From Mitosporidium daphniae (taxonomy: Eukaryota), in NCBI RefSeq assembly GCF_000760515.2, contig NW_013546132.1:56448-76447 (forward strand): a stretch of DNA of 20,000 nt, given 5' to 3'. Positions 1 to 7,431 of the stretch are shown piece after piece. Position 1 is the first letter of the stretch. Each line of letters begins with the position of its first letter. The notes under the pieces were generated by a model. The model worked only from the letters and a program-made list of their open reading frames with translations, searched no databases and was not told where the DNA came from. The position numbers were made by a program, and so were the translations under genes.

Positions 1-1
1 C

Positions 2-685
2 TCGGTCAGCAGATTGATAGGCGCGCCCCCCGGGTATGTCGGATATGGAGAATCGGGACAGTTGACCGAGGCCATTCGACGGCGCCCCTACACTGTCGTT
101 CTGTTTGATGAGGTGGAAAAGGCACATCCAGAAGTTCTTGACCTTCTTCTTCAAATCCTGGATGATGGCAGGCTCACAGATGGGCAGGGCCGTCTTGTTG
201 ACTTTACAAATACACTCGTCATTCTTACATCGAATGTGGGAATCCCACCTGCCGCCGCTACGTCATCCCTCGAATTTCGACGAGCGCTTATGGCCTATTT
301 CCGGCCCGAATTCATCAATCGTCTTGACGACGTCATTCTTTTCCATAAACTGAACAAGGCTGCGCTTTTCAAGATCATCGAAAGACTTGGTGAAGAAGAG
401 ATCAATTCCAGGCTTGAAGAAAAGCAGGTTCGCGTTGTCATTACCGAACAGGCAAAAGAGGCTATCATTGAGGCAGCATACGACGATGGCACTTTTGGAG
501 CGAGACCGTTGAGGCGATTTATTGAGAAAACCATTGTGACTCCTTTGAGCCGTATGCTTATTTCTGGCGCCCTTCCGAAGAATTCAATTGTCCAGGTTGG
601 TGTGATGATGGTTGTTTCTTCTGAAGAAAGCTCTGATGAAACGGTCTCGTTTTCTTTTGATGTTAGCCCCGCTTTTCCTTCTTGA
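2..685 (+). CDS. clpB: ClpB/Hsp104/Hsp78-family AAA+ disaggregase, C-terminal part (5'-truncated by window edge)
   Basis: SRLIGAPPGYVGY, Walker B VVLFDEVEKAH, LLQILDDGRLTDGQGR, FRPEFINRLD and GARPLRR motifs of the second AAA module; AATAAA at 695-700 after the stop. Cytosolic Hsp104 and mitochondrial Hsp78 cannot be told apart from this fragment. Confidence 0.93.
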   Translation, partial: SVSRLIGAPPGYVGYGESGQLTEAIRRRPYTVVLFDEVEKAHPEVLDLLLQILDDGRLTDGQGRLVDFTNTLVILTSNVGIPPAAATSSLEFRRALMAYFRPEFINRLDDVILFHKLNKAALFKIIERLGEEEINSRLEEKQVRVVITEQAKEAIIEAAYDDGTFGARPLRRFIEKTIVTPLSRMLISGALPKNSIVQVGVMMVVSSEESSDETVSFSFDVSPAFPS

Positions 686-1007
686 TGGTTGGTTAATAAA
701 ACTTACTTGGACGTTGCGGAGCTATTGGTGCCTTCGAGCCGGTCAATAGTCTACTTTTAAAAGCACCAGGTGGCCGGATAATCTTTACACAATGCATGCT
801 CAACCGGGCATTCACATCAATAAACGGCCGTTGGCCTTAGTTTGGCATAGGTGTGACGGGCTTTACTTTTAGCGCTAAATTTGAAGCAAACATTGGATAG
901 CATGCCATTGTTGCATGGATGGGCGCAAGCAAGTACCAGGGTCTACTTTTTGTCAAAAGATGAAATTGGGATGGAGCGGTGTGCACTGGTCAGATAGATG
1001 TTTATTG

Positions 1008-2224
1008 TTACTTTTTAAGAAATTCGGAGGTGAATCTTACGAACCCTTCGACCTCGCTGGCGGCCAGAGGATTTGCGTTGTAAACCTGATCAAGATCGGC
1101 TATAAAGGAGCCTTTGGGGAATTTTCCTGATGGCGCAAGCGCGACTTGAAGGGCCGTAAGAGACCCTTGCTTTGGTGAAAGCATAAAATAGGAGGCAAAT
1201 CTCCAGACAATCGACTCAAGGAACCACGAGACCATAGGGCTTCCCTTGAAAATATCGGTCATCACACCGCCCGGATGAATTGTATATGCTTCGATATTCC
1301 GATTCTGGACCATGTCAAGGGTAAGCGAATGCGAGAGCAGCTTTGTCGTTGAATAAAAGCAACGCATGAAGCGGTCTTCTGATTGGAACGCTGTATAGTC
1401 AATGGGCGAGTAAACTAAGAAATGACAGGTCAAAAGATACCTGCATAATGGGCTATTGATCCCAGGTTTATGACCCTCACGTCGTTTGAGAAAAATGGCT
1501 GCAAAACATTGCAAAGGGCAAAGGCTCCGACGCTATTCTACAATTCAATGCTCCATCTGAATTACAATTGCAAATTGGCTTTCCAAAGGGCTCTTCTTCC
1601 AATCAGACGCCAACTTAATGGGCGCAAAATGGTCCACAAAAATTCCAGCATTGCCTACGTAAAAACCGGCAACAAATACTAATCAAAAGCGCGATTTTCA
1701 AATTTTCTTTTGAAATTGCAGCAGAAAAGCTTTCCATGGAAGCAATATTTGCAACGTCAAGCTTTACAAATTTAACCTTCTTGTTGTTTGAGAGAAGCGA
1801 AATTCTTTGTGCTGCCGATTCGCCGCGCACTTCATCTCGAGCCGCTATGCCGATGAAAGAAGAAACGATGCAATACCGACAATGACCTGATAGTTGCATC
1901 TAGCTAGCCCTATGGCGATCTCAACCCCAATTCCAGCGGTTCCACCAGTAACTATGGCAAGCTTGGATGAATTTTCTAGCGGGGAAGAAAGCGTACAATG
2001 ATCTTCGAGAATACTACAATTAGACCTTGATTTTACTTTTCAAAAATCTCATAGTCTTCCGCTCTTGAGCGGACAAAAAGATGATGGATCAGAGATGCAA
2101 ACAGCTCCAGAACACCTATGATGCCTGATCTGAAGGTGCTGTTTAAAGGGAGGAATGGGGTTGCCATGAAAGCTTGCAGCTTGCGAATCAATCTGCACAC
2201 GTATGTTCCAAACGAAATTGACAT
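1008..2224 (-). CDS. Short-chain dehydrogenase/reductase (retinol dehydrogenase/WWOX-like), 5 introns
   Basis: Removing minus-strand GT-AG introns 2014-2036, 1845-1876, 1655-1679, 1538-1565 and 1415-1440 gives one frame with TGGTAGIG (Rossmann), VKLDVA, SNAGI, VRVINLGS, YSTTK (YxxxK) and IHPGGVMT. Start codon uncertain. Confidence 0.88.
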
Positions 2225-2308
2225 GGCGTTTGGGTCTGTTGCGTAAGCTGTGCTAATGTAAAGCAATTAAAATTTACCCAGCTTTTTAGTTTTTGCATTG
2301 CATTGGGA

Positions 2309-4099
2309 ATGAGTAGCAGCGTGTGCGTGGGAGGCCGCTATTTTTGTCCGTTAATCTTTTCGCGATGTTTTGTCAGCAGGATTTCTGGTGCTTTAACAGC
2401 AAGCTATTCCACATCCTCGTCATCCTCATACAAGGGATTTGGCGCGAAACGGGAAAGAAGATCCGAGCAGCCCTCCAGATTTGAGGAGCTATCTGACGAT
2501 TCCAAACGAACAAATAACAATACCAGAAGATTTGGGAACAACCATGCTCCAAGATATGATTCTTCCGTGCACTATTCCTCTAAAGGCTTTAGCAATGCTG
2601 ACCACGAACGGATGTCAGCTCCATTCAAAAGACGCACAGATATGGAATATCAGAGCCCTGGTAGCGAGACCGGAAAATATCAACCAAGGAGGGAAATGGA
2701 ATACCGGGGCCATCGTGAACAAAGGGATGGTTTTAATTATCCCGCAAAAGAATACTTTAAGCAACGGCCCTTTGAAAGAAGGGATGAAAATCCCGATTTT
2801 CATTCCAGGTCTAATCCGGCCTGGAAATCCAATGCTCGAGTTCATTTGACAAGAAATAGAGAGGATCAGTATACTGGCGGTAATTTTGAATCAAACGAAA
2901 AGCAGAGATCTGGTAGTTTTAAACGAAATTATGAGAAAAGTGGCGTTGGCGGCTCTAAATTTGAGCATAGTGGCAGACATTTCAGCGGCTATTCAAAGGA
3001 TGAAAGCGATATTCAGGCGAAGGGGAATTTTCGGTCTAGAAATTCCTCTTATAGCAACGAGGAAGCTGGGGACCAACGCGGGGGAGCTAGCCAGAATCAC
3101 TACGGAAATCAGAAATATAGTGGAAATGGACCTAAAAATCAGGAGTACAGAAAAAGCGGATATGCAGCACAAGGTGTTAACGAAAGCAATAACGAGGATC
3201 ACTATGTCCGGAAAAATGGCATGAGAGCTTTTAATTCCGAAAAGGCCAAATATGCCCGGGAAAGGTCTCTTCCAGACTTTGATGAACAAGAATCTTCGGA
3301 GGAGAAGCACAAGAAATCCTGGGATGCTAAACCGCATCACTCTTTTGGAAAATTTAATGCCTCTGCAAAAGCATTGTCAGGACAGATCCCAAAATTTGAG
3401 AAAACCTCCAACGATTACGACAAAAATGCGGAGCCTCTTTATTCGTTGAAAAAAGATAAAACAGCTGCAAAATCGGAAGCCAGAAGAAACGGGCCCCAGC
3501 ATGCTCAAGCCAAATTAGACAATACAGCCAAAGAGGCTTCCATTGATAATACCAGCCAAGATAACGAAGACAATATTGATGCTGAGTTGACAAACGGCGA
3601 AAACGTCCGCCCTGAAAAGACTGCCGAAACTTTTCACAATGAATCTCTCCATAAAGCGAGTAGAATGCGCGTAAGAAATTCGCGCATCGTCAGAGAACGG
3701 CTTGCCAAAAAACCGAAAGATAGGCTTAAATCTCTAATCGACACAAACTCAGAAAACCTACATGCATCTGGGACCTGCTTGAAAGACCAGAAAAGCGTCC
3801 CGGCTGCTTTAGAAACAGCCTGTACACCGATTCTGTTTGAAGGCGAAACATGCGAGGCAATCCAAGTTAATCTACAAAATCTTCAAGATTCATCTCAAAA
3901 CAGCCCCACTTTTGAGATACAATCAGGATGCCTCGACAGCCCCCCTTCCGTTTCTGGTGATATTCCTGATCAGAATGCTTCTGAAGCTGTTGAGAATGCC
4001 TCTGAAGCTGTTGAGAATGCCTCTGAAGCTGTTGAGAATGTTGTACATGCCCCCCAATCTACCGATTTCCCTCAAAATTCGAAAATTACCGGGGAGTAA
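2309..4099 (+). CDS. Hypothetical low-complexity R/G/N/S/K-rich protein, possible mitochondrial presequence
   Basis: Uninterrupted ORF of about 596 codons; N-terminus Arg/Ser-rich and acid-free (RCFVSRISGALTASYSTSSS); no recognisable domain. Confidence 0.7.
   Translation: MSSSVCVGGRYFCPLIFSRCFVSRISGALTASYSTSSSSSYKGFGAKRERRSEQPSRFEELSDDSKRTNNNTRRFGNNHAPRYDSSVHYSSKGFSNADHERMSAPFKRRTDMEYQSPGSETGKYQPRREMEYRGHREQRDGFNYPAKEYFKQRPFERRDENPDFHSRSNPAWKSNARVHLTRNREDQYTGGNFESNEKQRSGSFKRNYEKSGVGGSKFEHSGRHFSGYSKDESDIQAKGNFRSRNSSYSNEEAGDQRGGASQNHYGNQKYSGNGPKNQEYRKSGYAAQGVNESNNEDHYVRKNGMRAFNSEKAKYARERSLPDFDEQESSEEKHKKSWDAKPHHSFGKFNASAKALSGQIPKFEKTSNDYDKNAEPLYSLKKDKTAAKSEARRNGPQHAQAKLDNTAKEASIDNTSQDNEDNIDAELTNGENVRPEKTAETFHNESLHKASRMRVRNSRIVRERLAKKPKDRLKSLIDTNSENLHASGTCLKDQKSVPAALETACTPILFEGETCEAIQVNLQNLQDSSQNSPTFEIQSGCLDSPPSVSGDIPDQNASEAVENASEAVENASEAVENVVHAPQSTDFPQNSKITGE
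3974..4040 (+). repeat. Tandem 21-bp repeat AATGCYTCTGAAGCTGTTGAG x3 (NASEAVE)
   Basis: Three consecutive copies at 3974, 3995 and 4016, differing at one position, followed by a partial AATG. Confidence 0.95.
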
Positions 4100-4150
4100 C
4101 ACATCATGATGCCGGGATCTGGTGGGATGATGGAGTCGATATTTTACTTA

Positions 4151-4765
4151 TTAAATTGGTATTTTGGAAACATTCACTCCGATCTTGAAAACCACATGCT
4201 TTACTTTGATGGCATCGGTGTGTAATGCATAACTATTGAGCTCGGGCAAGATCAGTCTTTCCAGTGTTGAAATGTCCGTGTCAGATAGTACTCGTTTGTC
4301 TGGCGCTTCGATCGAGGCAATGCTTAAATGAAATTTAGGCGTGCTGAAGAACTTGCTGTAACCATAAGTAACAAGAACAATGTCTAGCTTTTGGACAATT
4401 CTTATCAGAGATTCAGATGCGTCGTGCACACTCAAACACACAAACACTCTTTTTCTGCATTCATTAAGCAGAAGGAAAAAAGGTTTATCGAACGATAAGA
4501 CAAATGATCCGATCGCACCAGAAAGCATTTTATTTATGGCCATGGTCATGCTTTTTTTGACATACTTGGGGATCGAGAATGGCTTTGAAAGTGAAATATG
4601 TAGGCATTCCTTCAAAGGGAAACACATATTTACTGCATCGTGAAGCAAAAAAGAAGGCTGTACCCACATTTGTATCATGTTTTGAAGCTTATGGAGCGAA
4701 CAAAGATCAACAGTTTCCGTGCAGTCCACATAAAAAATCGAGTGGTATCCTGCAAAGGCGTTCAT
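4151..4765 (-). CDS. USB1: U6 snRNA phosphodiesterase Usb1 (2H phosphoesterase)
   Basis: Two HxS motifs, LHISLSKPF and FHLSIA, with LLNECRKRVFVCL between them at Usb1-like spacing. Start uncertain (first in-frame ATG used). Confidence 0.8.
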   Translation of the reverse strand: MNAFAGYHSIFYVDCTETVDLCSLHKLQNMIQMWVQPSFLLHDAVNMCFPLKECLHISLSKPFSIPKYVKKSMTMAINKMLSGAIGSFVLSFDKPFFLLLNECRKRVFVCLSVHDASESLIRIVQKLDIVLVTYGYSKFFSTPKFHLSIASIEAPDKRVLSDTDISTLERLILPELNSYALHTDAIKVKHVVFKIGVNVSKIPI

Positions 4766-4881
4766 AGTAAATAACAAGGCAAGATGTTCACGTTAACTTT
4801 GTTAATAAGGGCAAGTGATCACTTGAAGCATAACCAAATGTGTGAGCAAAGGGTTAGTTTTTAAAAAATTAGGGTTTCGGC

Positions 4882-4918
4882 CTCCATTTTAAAGCTCCCA
4901 TTTTAAAGCCCCCATTTT
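4882..4918. promoter_or_regulatory. Triple CCATTTT(AAAG) repeat in divergent USB1/RNase H1 promoter
   Basis: ctccattttaaag-ctcccattttaaag-cccccatttt ends about 20 nt upstream of the RNase H ATG; regulatory role is inferred from position only. Confidence 0.4.
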
Positions 4919-4939
4919 CGACTCGGTAATTTTGAATAA

Positions 4940-5533
4940 ATGGATGGCCTCCACGTTTTCCGGGTGCTTCCAAAAAAGAGGATGCATTTGCCTTTGCATT
5001 CTCTTCTCCGGAGAAAATACAGCCAAGAACCGCAGCGTGTATATACCGATGGCTCTTGTAGGATGTTTGACAAGAAAAATCGCTTTGGAGGCTATGGAAT
5101 ATATTGGGGCCAAAACGATCCAAGTTGCGATACCTCTCCGTCATTTATGTAAATAGAAACACCTCCAAAATCCTCGAAGGCACCCCATCTAACTCCAGAG
5201 GCGAGTTGACCGCCGTCATCGAGGCTATTAAAATGCATCACTCTGACGTCCCGCTAGTGATCNTTACAGATTCTAGCTATGTTATAAAAGGTACGTCATT
5301 GCGCTGACTTGCCTCAATTAGTTGTGCATGGCATAAGAAAAAATCTTTACAAGCTCTTCCAAAATCATGATCTTNTTGAGCAGCTATCACAGGTGTTAAA
5401 TGACAGCGTTTCGTTTAAACACGTCCTAAAGGCTTCCAATTGTCCCGGAAACGTCGCGGCAGACAAGCTTGCCAGGGATGCCTCAAAAAAGGCGATGTCG
5501 ATTGCCATTTTGGAGCAAACGTCCAACGTTTGA
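4940..5533 (+). CDS. RNH1: Ribonuclease H1 (catalytic domain only), 2 introns
   Basis: VYTDGSC, GGYGIYWG.NDP, NSRGELTAV, TDSSYV and GNVAADKLAR contain all four acidic catalytic residues. Intron 5291-5321 is canonical; the first intron (about 5124-5156) has ambiguous boundaries. Confidence 0.85.
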
Positions 5534-5664
5534 TGCTATTTATTTTATAATAAAAATTCGGCATTTCATTTCAAATCTGCACTGTCAATTGGGTCTATCC
5601 AGGCTTGTGCGGTCAGCTCTCTTTTACTCGGCAAACAGGGATATCGCCCAGCTGGATTCCCTTA

Positions 5665-6168
5665 TGGAGTTAGAGTCTAGAGGCTTGATCTCGCCATGCC
5701 AAGTGTTTACAAATCCCCACTCAGCTACCTCGTCAAGCGACAAGTTATTTTTCTTCAAGTTTTTCAGAGACCATTACGGAATTAAACTCTTCTCGTTTGA
5801 AGGGCCATTTCCAAACACAAATAGAGCTACAATTAACGAACTAGAACGCGCCAACAATGAGAAACGCCCTTGCTTTTCCAACGATCCCGTGCAAAGGCTC
5901 CCTTACTGGTCAAATTTGGGCAGCAAGAATCTATGCGAGAATATTAAATTTTACAAACCCAAAGGCTTGACTTCTTCTTGCGTTCCAAATGATGTTCTGG
6001 CTGATTCGTTAAATAAAAACAGCCAGAAAGAAAAAAGGGAGCTTCATCCAACCAATGACCGCATTGAACAAAGAAGCTTTGCTTACGGATTTCCTGCAGC
6101 TCAGAAGGAATGTACGTTAATGTAAACACATGGCAGTGCGTCTACATCGAAGAAAGCGTCTTTTTTAA
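5665..6168 (+). CDS. Hypothetical protein; 3' structure unresolved
   Basis: Open frame from ATG 5665 to TAA 6123-6125. A GTACGT...CAG intron at 6112-6136 would give C-terminus KELRLHRRKRLF*; a 21-nt intron at 6116-6136 would extend it about 70 codons. No homology recognised. Confidence 0.4.
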
Positions 6169-6558
6169 AAAACACCAAGGCAATATCTGCTAATCGGCAC
6201 GAACAGGGCTTTTCTAAGGCGAGCAGGGGTTCTAACTGTGCTCATGTGGCCTCTAACGCTCCCCGTGGCAATCACACTACTGTTATGAAACCGATCAAAT
6301 ATTCGCAACAGAATTCTGCTCAAAATGACGTTATAAAAGACCGATGAATATCGTTTGGAGCTGCAGGGAATACGCCGTTTTCGTCTTTGACTGATGGAAC
6401 GACATTCCCTTGCTTCTATTGATACATATGAGGCAATATTTCCTAGCTCCAACTCCAGCTCTTTAAAATATATTCCCAAAATCACTAGTTAAACGATGTT
6501 TCCCCTGTTTGAGGATGGTTCTATTTAGGGCCTGCTGCATATGTCTAGATAAATAAAC

Positions 6559-7417
6559 TTATTTTATAGACGAATAGAAATAGTTAATGATTGGACCATT
6601 GGCTGGGACTGGAATCCATTTCTCTAAGGGCCAAGGGAGATACAAGCATGGAAGCAAAGAACCGGGTACGGGTGTCAAATTTGACTTTGAAAACATCTCC
6701 TCTAATTCATGGGGGGTCAAGTATTTTGTAGCATCATGGGTGCCCTTGGGCACCAAATTCAATATGTTTTCAGCCAGGTTTATCNTAAGAAGCTCAGAAA
6801 GCTTCGAACGGTTTATTGTTGAGAGTATAAGTAGCCCATTTTGCTATTTGTTAATAAGTAGCCTTACTTTTAGCAATCCGGAAAGATCAGAGACAAATAA
6901 ATTGGGATCGTTTACATGTTCGATTACTTCAAGAGCCACTATTACGTCAAAGGAGGATGGTTTCGATAACAGCAAATCTATTTGAGATCAAATTGGGTAC
7001 CTGAAGAGCTTTGGGCCTCAAAGCAAATTTTTAAAGGCAATCCATCACATGCCCTTCTAGCCACCTCGACATTTGATGCAGAGGCATCAATGCCCAGGAC
7101 ATTTGCCCCCAAGCGAGCAAGAGGCTAAAAATGGAAGATCCTTAATGTACCTTGGAAACCAATCCACCGCCACAGCCAACATCTAAAATACGGAGTGACG
7201 AGATTGACGTGGTATTGAAATGGTGCCCGATTTGATCCATTATGTACCTCATCCTTAGCTGGGTCATTAGATGTAGCGGACGAAATGGGCCGTTTTGGTC
7301 CCACCAAAAACTAGACAACCTGGAAAACTTTTCTACTTCCTTCTCATTGATTGTGGTCGTTGGACGAGAATGCGAAGCAAACGCCCGATGACAGCCGAAA
7401 TGTTTGACCAAATTCAT
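6559..7417 (-). CDS. COQ3: Ubiquinone biosynthesis O-methyltransferase Coq3/UbiG, mitochondrial, 3 introns
   Basis: EVEKFSRLSSFWWDQNGPFRPLHLM, ILDVGCGGG, LARLGANVLGIDAS, FDVIVALEVIEHV, STINR and VPKGTHD after removing introns 7125-7150, 6978-7000 and 6844-6867; N-terminal presequence-like segment. Confidence 0.93.
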
Positions 7418-7431
7418 AATTTTTAAAAAGG

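Noticed and set aside
2..685. Bacterial origin suggested by ClpB, UbiG-like and RNase H genes
   Set aside because: Neighbours are eukaryote-specific (ORC3, DcpS, USB1, eukaryotic Spt5 with CTR), and COQ3 and RNase H carry spliceosomal introns.
701..900. Firm U1 snRNA call
   Set aside because: Only the 5' decamer resembles U1; the GATCACGAAG and ATTGCAC loops are absent. Kept only as an unexplained candidate.
3974..4040. CRISPR-like array
   Set aside because: Direct tandem in-frame repeats with no spacers and no cas genes.
4940..5533. Retrotransposon RNase H
   Set aside because: No RT, integrase or LTR nearby; the gene has introns and cellular-type GxGIYWG.NDP.
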